A stretch of 63,986 bases of DNA, filler included, from Octopus bimaculoides (GCF_001194135.2; 6 parts of 5 records of this genome joined end to end with filler, not necessarily neighbours in it); one strand, 5' to 3'; numbered from the whole stretch's first letter, positions 1-12,450 are shown. The notes: a model not told the origin generated them from the letters alone. Numbers and translations: made by a program.

Positions 1-129
1 ATATTACATATATTACATATATATATATTAGCGCATATATATATATGTATGTATGTGTCTCCATCTATCTATCAATAAATAATTGCAAGCACATGTGAGT
101 CTATGTTCTTACGTGTGTATGTGTGTGTG

Positions 130-362
130 TATGCCTGTGTGTTTTTCATCATGACGAACCGTTAGTTCCTGCATTTGTTTTGCTCTCTCCGTTTTTTTCT
201 TTTCATTCTCTCTTCGTTATTTTCTCTCTTAAAACTTTATGTTGATAAGCGTAGGCTCGAAACGTCAAAGTCTTTTCCATTCTTCCCGAGCGTTCAACTA
301 ATATAACTACTTGTTGTTCCCTCACCTGTCTTCGCTTTTTGTTTTCTGTAAATTTGAACTAT
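130..362 (+). mobile_element. PLE pseudo-LTR-like repeat (family H1) with hammerhead-like fold; second copy at 40150-40335
   Basis: Shares AGCGTAGGCTCGAAACG...TTCCCGAGC...AACTAATA...CCTGTCTTCG...TTTTCTGTAAAT with the 40 kb copy; fold ACTTT-ATGTTGAT-AAGC(GTAG)GCTC-GAA-ACGT-C-AAAGT at 234-271. Confidence 0.6.
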
Positions 363-404
363 ATATATATATATATATAGTTCAAATATAAATATAAATA
401 TATG

Positions 405-452
<48 letters not shown>

Positions 453-464
453 CACACACATACA

Positions 465-1275
465 AACGTGGTATGATCAATAAGTATCCGGACTATTATC
501 CTTGTAACGAAGCTAAAGCACGCAGAGTGAATCCGCTTGTCACAGATTGAGCTTGAACTCTGTTGTGCATGCGCACTAAATTTTAACGTTCTAGCTCACT
601 TCCGCTGTTTACAGCAGTGCTTGGAAGGAACGTGTGTAGTGTGGGACCGTTGCATTAACCATGACAGAGAAATTTGAGCAGAGAATCTGCATCAAATTTT
701 GCCAAGAGCTTGGTGATACCTGATCGCAGAGGAGTGTATGAGCCGCACACAAGTGTACGAATGGTTCAGACGTTTCCAAGGTGGCCAAACAAATGTCGAT
801 AGTGACGAATGCTCTGGAACACCCGCAACCAGCAGAACTGAGAAAAACGTCACAGATGTGCGTGCAGCTGTAAGGGGAAATCGTCGAATCACCAACCGTG
901 AGTTATCAGAGGATGTGCAAGTTAGTTACGGTTCAGTTCAGTCCATTATCACTGAAGATTTGGGTGTGAAACCCATGTCTGCCAAATTTGTGCTGACCAA
1001 AAAGATACTCAAATCTCCCTGATTGTGTCGAGAACAATGAAAACTTTTTGAAAGCAGTCATAACGGGTGATGAATCGTGGGTCTATAGCTATGACCGCAA
1101 AACAAAGGCTCAGTCTTCGCAGTGGAAGAATCCAACCTCCCCGAGACCGAAGAAAGTACGAATGAGTTGATCATTTTCTTCGACAAGAGGATTGTTCATC
1201 ATGAGTATGCTTCACCTGGTCAGACAGTAAACAAGAAGTACTACCGTAACATTTTGCGGCGTTTGCGGAATGCTC

Positions 1276-1277
<2 letters not shown>
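465..1277 (+). mobile_element. Mariner transposon, 5' part (TIR, 5' UTR, decayed transposase), truncated at a (TA)n/(TG)n tract
   Basis: TIR-like TGATCAATAAGTATCCGGACT; MTEKFEQRICIKFC from 661; VYEWFRRF HTH; ITGDESWVYSYD...QSSQW...SPRPKK; GQTVNKKYY; stops and frameshifts. Confidence 0.93.
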
Positions 1278-1344
<67 letters not shown>

Positions 1345-1364
1345 CGTGCGCGCGTGTGTGTGTT

Positions 1365-1722
1365 GTATCTTTATCTTTTACATGTTTCACTCATTGGACT
1401 ACAGCCATGCTGGGGCACCGCCATGAAAGGTTTAGTGGAAGAGATCGACCCAGTACTAATACTAATTTTATTAAAGTCTGGTACTTATTTTATCGCTCCC
1501 TTTTGCTGAGCGGTTAAGTTATGGGAACGTAATGAAACCGACACCTGTTCTCAAAAACGGGGTGGAAGACAAATAAAACACAGAGACACAAACACACACA
1601 CATATATATGACTGGTTTATTTCAATTCCCGTGCACTTACTTGCCCAAGGTGCCATGCAGTGTGAGCGAACCTGGAACCATGTCATGGAGAAGCAGACTT
1701 CTTAGCACCCAGCCACACCTGC
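1365..1722 (-). mobile_element. tRNA-derived CORE-type SINE (family A), internally deleted
   Basis: Reverse complement of the family A 3' half plus ACCTTGGGCAAGT and GGCTGGGTGCTAAG head. Confidence 0.8.
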
Positions 1723-1751
1723 TTCTACTGTCCTTACTGCCACGTCTTCGT

Positions 1752-1795
<44 letters not shown>

Positions 1796-1884
1796 AGTCT
1801 TTGTACAGTTTCCGCCTACTAAATTCACTCACATGCTACCATTCCCATAATCCTCAGCAACCCACTTAAAGTTATTATTTATAT

Positions 1885-2065
1885 CTCCAGTATTCTAATG
1901 ACGACGCCAAGGTTTTGAAACGTCAATAGATTTATATATTCAGGAACATCATTGCTATTGTTCCAGATGAAGGACTAATATCAAAATAAAATTATTAAGT
2001 AGTAAAGGTTAAACTCAAACATAGTCGTGTCTTTAATATGACATGTTTAAAAGACAGCTGCTTTT
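1885..2065 (+). mobile_element. Decayed PLE pseudo-LTR-like relic with two tandem hammerhead-like motifs
   Basis: TATT-CTAATGA...GAAACGTC-AATA (1891-1928, stem I TATT/AATA) followed by CAGATGAAGGA at 1964. Confidence 0.45.
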
Positions 2066-2224
2066 ATTTACACACACATGAACTCACAAGCGTGTACATA
2101 TGTGAACATATTTGTGTATACGTATATATACATACACACACGTGTTCGAGCACACATTCATTAAACGAAAGTGCTGAAATATAATTTAGAGTGGTTAGTA
2201 GAATGTATTTGAACAATAAAGACG

Positions 2225-2300
2225 ATTAAAAGAACATTAGATATCATATATGATAAACTCTTGAGCAAGTGAAATTATCTTCGATTCCAAAAGAGGTAAA
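2225..2300 (-). pseudogene. Possible GIY-YIG endonuclease relic of the adjacent Penelope element
   Basis: IEDNFTCSR then, after a frameshift, IIY.I*C resembles FTCxSxNxIYxIxC; lies 3' of the minus-strand RT. Confidence 0.3.
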
Positions 2301-2569
2301 AATAATCGCTTGGTTGGAACTGGGATCCACCTGCAAATGAGAATGGGAATCATGACTTCTCCTTTGTTGACACGCCATTAAAGGAAAACAGTTTCGTTGT
2401 CTGGAGACTAAAGGGCAGCCGAGATCACGAGGTTCTGCTTCAGTAAGTATCATCACCACCATATGCGAAGTAAACATTTACGCGCGCACACACACACACA
2501 CACACACTCACACACACATACACACACACAATACAGACATACACATATACATATATAATTTATTCACAT

Positions 2570-2785
2570 GAAGATGGCGAGCTGACAGAATAGTTAGAGC
2601 GTTGGAAAAAATGCTTTGTGATATTTTTCCTGCTCTTTACATCCTAATTTCACACCGTGCTGTGGTCAGCACCACCTTTTATCCATCTGTGGTCAATAAA
2701 ATAAAGTACCTGTAAAGAACGGTGGTCAATATAATCGACCACTCTTTTCCACTGAAAACACTTACTGACTTGTGCTTAAATTAGA
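2570..2785 (+). mobile_element. SINE family B, old copy
   Basis: GATGGCGAGCTGACAGAATAG head...AAATAAAGTACC...AATCGAC body. Confidence 0.7.
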
Positions 2786-3830
2786 TATTGGGTAATGTTT
2801 TTTTGATTAGTATTGATCTGAGTTCAAGGAGTTTTCGTTCATGAGTATAGGTGTCCGAAACTATGGTACAGATTCTTTTCGCTAGATTATAAGGTATATT
2901 AATTTTTATGTGTTTGGGGTGGCATGAGTTGAATATAGGTATTGTTTAGAATCTGTGGGTTTATAGAAGATGTCTGTTTCGATGTGGTTATTGACTATTT
3001 TAATTAGGATGTCAAGAAAAGGGAGTTGTTTACTGCTGTGTTCCATGGTGAATTGTATGTTGCTATTAATATTGTTAAGCATTAGTTTGAAATCGAGGAG
3101 TTTGCCCATGCTGTCTTTCCAAAGTATAAAGCAATCGTCCAGATACCTCTTCCAGTTCTCCTTTAAATAGCAATGAAAAGAGGTGCCGTATTTTTGTACT
3201 GATGATTGATATATTTAAAGCTCTAGGTAACCCATTACAAGGTTTGCAATCACTGGAGCAGCTCGGGTCCCCATTGCAATTCCACATTTTTGTCGATAGT
3301 AAACTGTATCGAACATGAAATAGTTGTTCAGTAGGATGAATTTGAGTGTTACGATTATGAATTTGTGGTTGATGCACCCTGGGATCTCTTGTGGGTATTT
3401 TTCTAGCCAGAAGGTGATCGCTTCTATACCATAATCGTGTGGGATATTGGTGTACAAATTCACCACATCGAATGATACTAACAGGGTTCCTTCATTTATT
3501 GTCTTCGGGAGGTGGTTAAGCGTATCTAAGTCATCCCTGATGAAGCTTTTCACATATTTTAGAAACGGTTTGAGTAAGATGTCGAGGAAGTTGCTCAAAC
3601 GGTGGGTTTCACAAGCAGAGCCAGTAAAGATGGGTCTCAGTTTGAGGTCAGTAGGGAGAGGAACATTAATACATAGGCTTGGAGAAACTTTGCAAGCTTT
3701 ACAAGTATGTGGATTTTTGCGTATTTTAGGTAATCTGTAGAATAGACTAGGTCTATTTAAAATTGGATAAATAGTCAATTTCATGTTTAGTGAGGTCCTT
3801 TCCATGTATTTGAAGTAAAGAGAATAGGTT
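2785..3830 (-). mobile_element. Penelope-like element reverse transcriptase, frameshifted
   Basis: FYRLPKIRK, LKLRPI, LVSFDVVNLYTNIP, QKCGIAMGTRAAPVIANLVMG, WKRYLDD, FTMEHSSKQLPFLD, FYKPTDSKQYL, NIPYNLAKRICTIVS across the 3215-3805 and 2906-3109 frames. Confidence 0.95.
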
Positions 3831-3929
3831 TTTAAGTGTCTTCTGTGGGTTGTATTGTACTATCATCTCATAGTAAATATTATTTTTTTGCCTACCTACA
3901 TATCTACGTACCTACCTACNNNNNNNNNN

Positions 3930-3975
<46 letters not shown>

Positions 3976-5469
3976 TTATAGAGGAAAATGTAAAAAAAGA
4001 TGAAAAACAATATGATTAAAACAAAAAATAGAAACGAAATAATAGAAACAATAAAAATAACAAATAAGCGAATAAACAAACAGTCATAAATCAAAATGAA
4101 ATTAGATTAGCAATGAAAATAAACTAACTTAATACACAAATATTATTTTAATGTTATTATTATTATTGTTGTTTGCAATGAGAGTACATCTCCAGCACGG
4201 ACTCGGAGAAGAATTTAATTTGATGTAAAGGAAGTGCTTGTTCTATTTTGCTAACAAAGGATTATAGAACTTTTTGAGTTTCCACGCCATTATTCAGAAA
4301 TGGGGAAAAATTTGTTCTAATGCATTTTTCATTATATATTGTTTTGCTAAAACTCTACTCGTTATTTAATACGCTTTCCTCTGGAGCAGTGGGAAGAGAC
4401 GCTATCCACAAACTTGGTAGTATCGAACAGATAAAGAAAAGTTTGAAAATATTAATAAAAACATTTGAAAGAAAAAGATAAATATAATACTAGCATAGAC
4501 AGACAGGTTTCTAAACAGAAATACTCACACCCTTAGCAAGTACTAGTGCCAAACACGTAAAATTTGAACACAAAAGCCAAAACAATAGCCACTCCTTGCT
4601 CCACAATTTCACCAAGAAAAGTGTTCGGAAGAGAAAGGTCTGTAACAGTTGGATTCGATCCCACGTTTTGCCACACAGAAATCACAATTTGGTCATATAC
4701 ATAAACACTATTGTCGTCCAACCACCGGCTATTGTTCACGTGATAGTCTGGTGGTATGACTAGAACCTTCCGTGAAAATGTCCTACAAATACAGTTCAAT
4801 TGAGTGCCAAAACTCTAGAGTGATTCGGTTCCTGGTGGCGTTTACTCTCCAAACATAACTGCTTCAACCTCAACATATTCAACCTGGAATGATCGAAGAC
4901 ACACCATGGCAACAAGAATATGCATTGATGGGTAAATACTAGTCTGAATGTTGAATTTCTGACGAAGACGAAGACTTTGTGCACTTGTCATATACGTTGT
5001 TTCATCTGAATATTCCTTTTCTTGTTTTGCCCGAACACTTTCTATATTAACGTAGCAATAAATCATGTTCTTAAACATAAAACAAGCCTTCCACCACTCG
5101 TTACAGGTTCTTTAACACATTCTTCTTGTAAAAGTTTGAGAAAGAACTGGTCTATACTTGGAGAGACGTATTTACATTACTTATCTAATCCTCTATTTTG
5201 ATTGCATATAATTTTTTTGATTTATCTTCTGTTGTATTACATTCATATTTTCCTATCTTTTGAATTCCTAGTTACATTCACTTATATTCAGGTTTCGAAC
5301 ATATTTATTCATTCAGTTTTGAAACATTTGAGGAACTATAAGGGTTTGAAACGGAATTGTAACTCTGAAAGTCATTCATTCATAAAAGAGCTTATTTATC
5401 TCAGAATGGGAATAACTTGTTCATATGCCTCAACCTCACCCATATATACGGAGTATATATAAGCAAATG

Positions 5470-5590
5470 TGAATACAAGAGTATTCAGGGCCATCAACCA
5501 CTAAGCTGATGCTTTGCTGAGTTGATTGAAGCAACGGGAAAATGGAGCGCCTTGATCAAAGACACAACGCGTCATCCGGTCCCAGAATCA
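5470..5590 (-). mobile_element. CORE-type SINE fragment (family D)
   Basis: GAAGCAACG...CCTTGATCAAAGACACAACGC...GGTCCCAGAATC, similar to 52660-52800. Confidence 0.5.
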
Positions 5591-5613
5591 ATGTTTATGT
5601 GAATGTATGTGTG

Positions 5614-5658
<45 letters not shown>

Positions 5659-5721
5659 CCATTATGTATATTTACACATACACAAACCTACATGAATACA
5701 TACAAACATGCATATATATAT

Positions 5722-5880
5722 AATATGGCTGTGTGGTTAAGAAGTTCGATTTGCTTCCCCCCGGCTTTGGTTTCAGTCCCACTGCACAGTACCTTGGGCA
5801 AGTGTCTGCTACCACAGAAGCAAACTAACCAATGCCTTGTGAGTGAATTTGATAGACAGAAACTGTGAAGATCGTCGTAT
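5722..5880 (+). mobile_element. SINE family A, 5' half
   Basis: TGGCTGTGTGGTTAAG A-box region, GGTTTCAGTCCC B-box-like, ACCTTGGGCAAGT. Confidence 0.8.
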
Positions 5881-5963
5881 ATGTGTACATACACACACGC
5901 ATACACGCGCGCGCATGCACACACACACACATATATACACACACGCACGCACGCATGCACACA

Positions 5964-7072
5964 CATGAGTGTAGCTGAAAAGTTCATACTTGAAAATCGA
6001 AAAAATTTGGCTTCGTGGTGTTATCAAGTATCTGCAGAAAAATGGCTTAGCTCCCACCACCCGGACGTTCATGCTGACATGCTTGCTACATTTGGGGTAA
6101 ATGCTCCAGCTTTATCAAGAGTAACAAAGTGGGCAGCTGAATTTAGAAGGGGAAGGAAGAGTCTTGAAGATGATCGAAAGTCTGGACGTCCTGCAACTCC
6201 CACCACCGAGGCAATTAATCGTGTTCACCTCATACTGATGGATGACATGCGATTGACTATAAATCAAATAGACTGTGTTATTAGCATATCTTCTCGTGAG
6301 AGAGTTGATAATATTCTGTGTAATGAACTTGGCATGACGAAGGTTTCTGCTCGGTGGGTGCCACGTCTTCTGACACCTGATAAAAAGTACACCAGGTAGA
6401 TCACATCATGGGAAAATTTGACATTGTTTGAGGCAGATCCAGCTGGTTTCCTTGAACGTTTCCTCACCCAGAATGAGTGTTGGGTTCGTCACTTTGAGCC
6501 AGAGACAAAGAGACAATCCATGTAATAGATGTACTCCCCCTCAACTGCTCCAAAGAAGGCCAAGGCCGTTTCATCTGCAGTGAAGGTGATGGCCTCATGT
6601 TTTGGGATGCAAAAGGGCCGCACCATCAATGGAAAGTACTATGCCAACTTGCTGACGCAGTTACGAAAGTTTATCAAGACCAAACGCCTAGGAAAACTGA
6701 CGAAAGGGTGTCTTGTCCAATGACGACAGTGCTCCAGCGCACAAGTACTTCATTTCAATGGCTGTTGTGCCAGACTATGGCTGTGAACTGGTTGATCACC
6801 CTCCCTATCCTGATTTGGCTCATCTGTTCCCCCAACATGAATAAACACTTGGCTGGAAACTAGTATTGCATTGTTGATGTCATGTCTGCTGTTGATGACT
6901 TTTTTGAGCAATAGAATGAAAGCTTCTTCACCAATGAGATTCAAGCACTGCAACACCGATGGAAGAAGTATGTGGACCCGCAAGGGGGATTATGTTGAAA
7001 AATAAATCTCATTTGGTGACATTCCATAAGACTATCTTGGTCAGCTAATAAAATATTCAGCCGACCCTCGTA
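5964..7072 (+). mobile_element. Near full-length mariner (DD34D-type) with pseudogenised transposase; 5' UTR deleted
   Basis: KWAAEFRRGR, SARWVPRLLT, ECWV..FEPETKRQS, KVMAS, HPPY, QHRWKK..D..GDYVEK*; 3' TIR ...TCAGCCGACCCTCGTA then TA; degenerate 5' TIR at 5964-5988. Confidence 0.95.
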
Positions 7073-7089
7073 TATGTGTGTGTGCGTGT

Positions 7090-7445
7090 GTGCGCACATA
7101 TGCATATATAGCATTAAGCTGCATCCGGCGGTGAAGCTCCATTTCTGGAGTTGTGTGAGCGTGGAGTCACTCCTTAATTAACATTACTTCATTAATTCAG
7201 GAAACGTTCAAGGAAACCAGCTGACCCAGAACAGCATACCTGCAAGGGGCCCATCTCTGGGTTTAATCGAATTCCCAGAGTAGAGGAGCCTCCTGTTATT
7301 TTTGACCAAGTGGTGGGGGAAGGCAGCTCTTTTAGGAGAGAGATACTCTGACATAAAACTTGCAGTCAAAACAGAGACCAGTCATCTTGCAATGTTTGTG
7401 ACTGGAGCCTTCTATGGCGACCGAGACAGTGGCAAAAATGTTGTA
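7090..7445 (+). mobile_element. Unclassified interspersed repeat, possibly a non-LTR 5' UTR fragment
   Basis: GC-richer block GCATCCGGCGGTGAAGCTCC...GACATAAAAC; class assigned from recall only. Confidence 0.25.
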
Positions 7446-7629
7446 CAAGCTGTTGCTAATTAAATCGAGAAACATACAAACATTTCGCTATTCATTTCAT
7501 TTCTTGATCTATTTTGTATATTTTACAAGCCCTATGGCGATAGATGCGTGGCGCATATACAAGGATGAACGTAAATCAAAACAGACATGCTGAATATGGG
7601 AGACGGCTACCATCTGACATGAGGAGGCA

Positions 7630-7663
<34 letters not shown>

Positions 7664-7673
7664 NNNNNNNNNN

Positions 7674-7709
<36 letters not shown>

Positions 7710-7886
7710 CAATGTAGGTGTATATTTCTATTTATAGAAATATATCAGCCTACAAAACTTTCTGTATATGATTCGGAAATGTTACTGAGTAAATTTAAGA
7801 TATGAGAGATATGTTTTAAAGAGGATACAATCCTGACTTATGACAGGATTTTATAGGAAAAGCACACTGAAATAAATTATTTTCAG

Positions 7887-7979
7887 GAACTTATTTGTAA
7901 GGAAGAGGCATTAATTTTGAAAAGAATTTCACATGTCACAGGAGTGCTCGCACATGGTGGTTTGAACTTAAAAGCAAAG
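7887..7979 (+). CDS. Candidate internal exon (ELICKEEALILKRISHVTGVLAHGGLNLKAK); product unknown
   Basis: ttttcag acceptor, AAG|gtatgt donor, 93 nt, only phase 0 open; could instead be a decayed TE ORF. Confidence 0.3.
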
Positions 7980-8080
7980 GTATGTTTATGTAAGACGTAG
8001 CATAAGAGGATGCTAAAAATAGACAAAGAGAGCCTGAAACTATATTTAGAGGAGGCTGATAGATATAGAAAAGTGTGTGG

Positions 8081-8118
<38 letters not shown>

Positions 8119-8176
8119 CCACAGATATACATTCACTTCCCCCATACACCCACAGACATACATTTACTTCCCCACT

Positions 8177-8212
<36 letters not shown>

Positions 8213-8366
8213 TGTTGTGTCTGGGGAGAGTCATTTTCTTATTGTGCCTTAAAATTTAACACTCTCACCGTTAAAATTTCCACTTATTTCTTGTTTTTAT
8301 TTTCCTAAACTTTTTGTTGCGTCTTGCAACCTTTTCAATAGTCTTGACCAAATCCAAAAACGAAAT

Positions 8367-8427
<61 letters not shown>

Positions 8428-8639
8428 GTTACTACGAGGATATATTAACTTCATATTGGGATAGGGATGATTTAATCCAAGTTACGCTGGTTTAATATAT
8501 TATATTGTAGAGAAATATCTCTTCAATATAAAAATAGGCATATTATGAATATCAAATATTATTAAGTAGGAAAATGAAGAGATTTAATGGATATAAATTA
8601 ATTTATTAACATTTTAAATAAGACCTGCAATTGTTTCAA

Positions 8640-9945
8640 TTTACACTCAATACAAATTACAAACCTATAGAATAGAATAAGTTTGCATTTTGAAGATTTC
8701 GAGTAAAATATCATCAGAGCTAATGGATATTAAGGAAGCTACATGTTGATCAGTTGAGATTTTCTGTTGGTGAATCTTGGTTGAAATAATAATTTATTCC
8801 ACCATTTATCAAGCTGAAACCCAAACCGTTTGTCAGTTGTTTTTTGAGCAGATAACGTGTAAACAAGAGATGCTGAGAAAGAAGAAGAAAAAAAACAAAC
8901 AAACAAGAGAGATAACCAACGTTACAATAATTAGATGTCAGGTAGACGTAAACTAAATGCTAATAGTTTACTAAGTGTCCGGTGGTCTATTTTTAAATTC
9001 GGACAAGATATATTTCTTGAAATGTGGACATACAGGAAAAAATTTCGTTCCTCGAATTTATGTATTCGTTGGATGTTCTCAAGTTTTTTAAGTGAACACA
9101 CGGAACATTTTTTGGACCTGTTAATATAGAGTCTGGATTTGGAGAGGATTTTTCATTTGATGTCGAAACTGGTTCCTTCGTCTTAAAGTTTCCAAATTAA
9201 AACCGAAAGGGTTGTAGAATGTTTCTTATCACGGTACCTAAAATTCGAAAGATGTTTCTTAAATCTAAATTTTCCTTCTACGGCTCCGACATAACATATG
9301 ATATCTCTATGACCATTATCGTAGTTCGCTGAAACCTGTACTTCATAAACAGCGGAAGATATATGACACTCCTGTCCTAGATGACATTTAGATTTATCTC
9401 TACATGTGTAGGCTTGAGTCATTCGTTGCTTATTGATATATGGCTAAACATTAGGGGAACAAGAAAAGGTAGCTTTTATCCTGTCTGTTAAAGATGTTAT
9501 CGTATCTATGGGTTTTAGGGAAGTAAATATCTACTAAATGCAAGAATCTTCCATCTACACTTGTCCTAACATTAAGGGAGAAAGTTGGGGCGGACCATAA
9601 AGCTTTCCGAAACCTATTCTTACGACTAGATGATAGAGGGGGTTGGGGGTTGTAGAAAATTTCATCAGTAAAGTCGCTATCCTGTACGGTCTTATAATAT
9701 GGAATAGCCTTTTCGAATATTTCTTTAGAAGAAGAAAGGCATGTGATCCTTCGGCTAATATTTGGAATTAAATTTTTGAATACAATACGTAGGTGACAGG
9801 AGTGTTTATTAATATATTTAAGGTTCTCGTTAGGTTTGTGAAAGGGCTTATATGAACTAGTTTTGAGATTTTAAAAGTCAGTTTTAGCTAGGCTGGTGTT
9901 GATAGACATCTAAAAAATCAATCTTAGCTAGGTTGTTATCGATAG
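8640..9945 (-). mobile_element. Penelope-like element 3' part: RT thumb, linker, C-terminal GIY-YIG endonuclease, 3' UTR
   Basis: YKPFHKPNENLKYINKHSCH, NISRRITCLSSSKEIF, LWSAPTFSLNVRT, TCRDKSKCHLGQEC..SAVYEV, CYVGAVEG, STTLSVLIWKL, KCSVC; CTGATGA...CGAAA at 8717-8697. Confidence 0.9.
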
Positions 9946-10189
9946 ATATTTTAAATCCTAAAGAGTCGAAGGCAGAAATTAATTGCTTTCTAAAGGAATC
10001 CGTAGCGTGGTCATCACAACTGTGTGATACTGCTTAAGCATCGTAACGGTCTATACCGATGGGAAATTTCGAATTAAGATGGTTTAATATGCACGAGTAT
10101 AAACCAACTAAATCGCATATATCCGCGCTATCATATGAACCCATTGAGACATCGAATAGCTCACTTTGGTTATCTTTTTTGTTTCAGAT

Positions 10190-10542
10190 AGATCCGTTAC
10201 TAAATAACAGTGTCTATCCGTCTCTTTTGCTGAACCGTTAAGTTACGGGTACGTAAACATACCAATACCAGTTGTCAAGCAGCGGTGGGGGACAAACACA
10301 GACACAAATGCACACACACAGATATATATGTATGTATGTATAAGTTAAAATTAAATTAAAAATTTAAACTTTATATATATATGTATACGACGAGCTTCTT
10401 TCGGTTTCCGTCTACGAAATCCACTCCCATTACTTTGGTTGACTCGTGGCTATAGTAAAAGACACTTGCAGGTGCCACGCAGCAGTGGGACTGAACCCGG
10501 AACCATGTGGTTGGGAACCAAACTTCGCACCACACAGTCATG
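10190..10542 (-). mobile_element. SINE family A
   Basis: Both halves in reverse complement around a central CA/TA tract. Confidence 0.85.
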
Positions 10543-10724
10543 CAGGAAACATAAAAAACGCGCTCAAAAAAATTTTGGGAAAATGTTTTGTATCATGATT
10601 TATCAGTTTCCATGAACTTTGAAGTGTTCTCTCTGATGATCATTTAAGAATTGTAATGTTTTGTGCTTGCTTTTGACAATGTATTATCAATAAGCAAATG
10701 TAGAAGTGATGACGTGGTTACTCG

Positions 10725-10915
10725 ATTCGCTAAAAATAGCAGTCAAATCTCTCTCAACTCACACTTTAAAAAAGACTGACAGATAATGTTTTAGTCATAT
10801 ATACACACCATACCTGAGAAAAATATAGAATGATCGCTACAGGAAAATCTTTGACTATTGGTCTACTCAATAAAATGTGATATGGAGTCAAACAATAATC
10901 ATAGTATGCTACTCT
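10725..10915. mobile_element. Unclassified dispersed repeat family F (GCAGYCAAATCTCYCTCAA motif); related copies near 11790, 15560, 41030, 43150, 44030, 47050, 49020
   Basis: Recurrent CTAGAAATAGCAGCCAAAT.TCCCTCAAATCAC-like motif in both orientations. Confidence 0.55.
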
Positions 10916-11429
10916 CAACAGTAACAAACTGCGGCCAATCTGCTACTTTTCTTTTAACTGTTTCATTGCCGATGAGGTCATAAGATCGAAACACGACCTG
11001 AAACCAAACAACAGCAATAACGACAACTACCATTTGATGTTTGGCTACATTCACCAATGTGTCCTTTTTAATACATGAAGAAGGGGTAGGGTGGTTCAGG
11101 GAAATTTAGCTGCTTAATCTAGCAAGTCGAGTGACGGCGCAAGAGTTGCAGTAGATCGGTGGATTGCAATTAGTCGTTCAACGGGTGACCTATGTCTTCT
11201 GAGAACCGGCCTGGCGCATAAATGAAACGGTTGTAGTTATACCATATTGTCCATTCGTTTATTTTTATTGTCATTTTATACCACGCTCAAGTTCTCTTCA
11301 ACTTAGGACTTTCTTGGCGTTGTGGATTACCAAATACCAGTAGGCTTCCTTACACCAATGCCTCTTTCATAAACGGGATTATTTACCTGTTGATTTACTG
11401 TGTAGCCATTAATGCGTAGTGCTTAACTT

Positions 11430-11600
11430 TGATATGCTCCGATCGTAATTGATTCTCTGTATGTGTGTCTATGCCTGTGTATCTTTGTGCGTGGGTGTTG
11501 TGTTTACCGTTTGACAACCGGCATTGATTTGTTTACGCCCCACTAATTTAGTGATTCAAAATAGAGATCGTTAGAATAAGTATCAGATTTAACCTTCCAC
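11430..11600 (+). mobile_element. SINE family A, 3' half, old
   Basis: TTGACAACCG...TTTACGCCCCC..TAATTTAG...GAATAAGTATCAG. Confidence 0.65.
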
Positions 11601-12019
11601 TGACCTAGCCTTCCTCTTACTGTTAATGTTAGAATTAGATAAAATCAATATGAAGTTGCCCTCGTCTGTTTTTAAATACAAGTGACTCCTGATTGAGAAA
11701 AAATATAATGAAAGACATTTTAGATAAGACCATCCCATCATTTTAGGATTTGGTTCCGAAATACAATTTGTTATGCATCATTTTTTAAAGACGTAATGTA
11801 GTAAGTGATTTGAGGGAGAGTTGACTGCTATTTCTCACAGACCGGTCGATCATGTAATGATACACTCATTGGTTCGTGTATGCGATAGAACTGGTGTAAA
11901 TTACCTTAAAATAGTTTTAAGGTTTAAGATGGAGAAAAATTTGGTTGCTATTTCTGGTAATAGAGTCTTCCACGTAATGGTCAGCGCAGTGAACATAGTG
12001 GTGTTGGGCATGGATGTAG

Positions 12020-12366
12020 CGGTGGTGACAGCAGTGGTTGTTGATGTTGTGGTGGTGGTAGTTGTGATCTTGACTACGATGATAGTGCTTGTTGTTGTTG
12101 TTGTGGTGGTGGTAGTAGTAGTAGTGCTGTGGTGGTGAATGTGGCGTTACTTCTGAAGGTGATAGTTGTAGTAATAGTGGTAGCAGTAGTAATAGAAAAA
12201 CAGGAAATGGCGAGGCGTGACGTAATAGCCAATTGCTTAGTTTATTGTTAATTTCCTACTTCAGCTCCCCACTTTCAACTGCACACACACACACACACAA
12301 ACTCGCATAAACAAATGCACATGCAGATTACCCTTTCTCTTTACACACACACACACACACACACGC

Positions 12367-12450
<84 letters not shown>

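Noticed and set aside
2385-2447. Minus-strand CTGAAGC...CGAAAC as a hammerhead
   Set aside because: Core mismatch, no closing stem II and no stem I.
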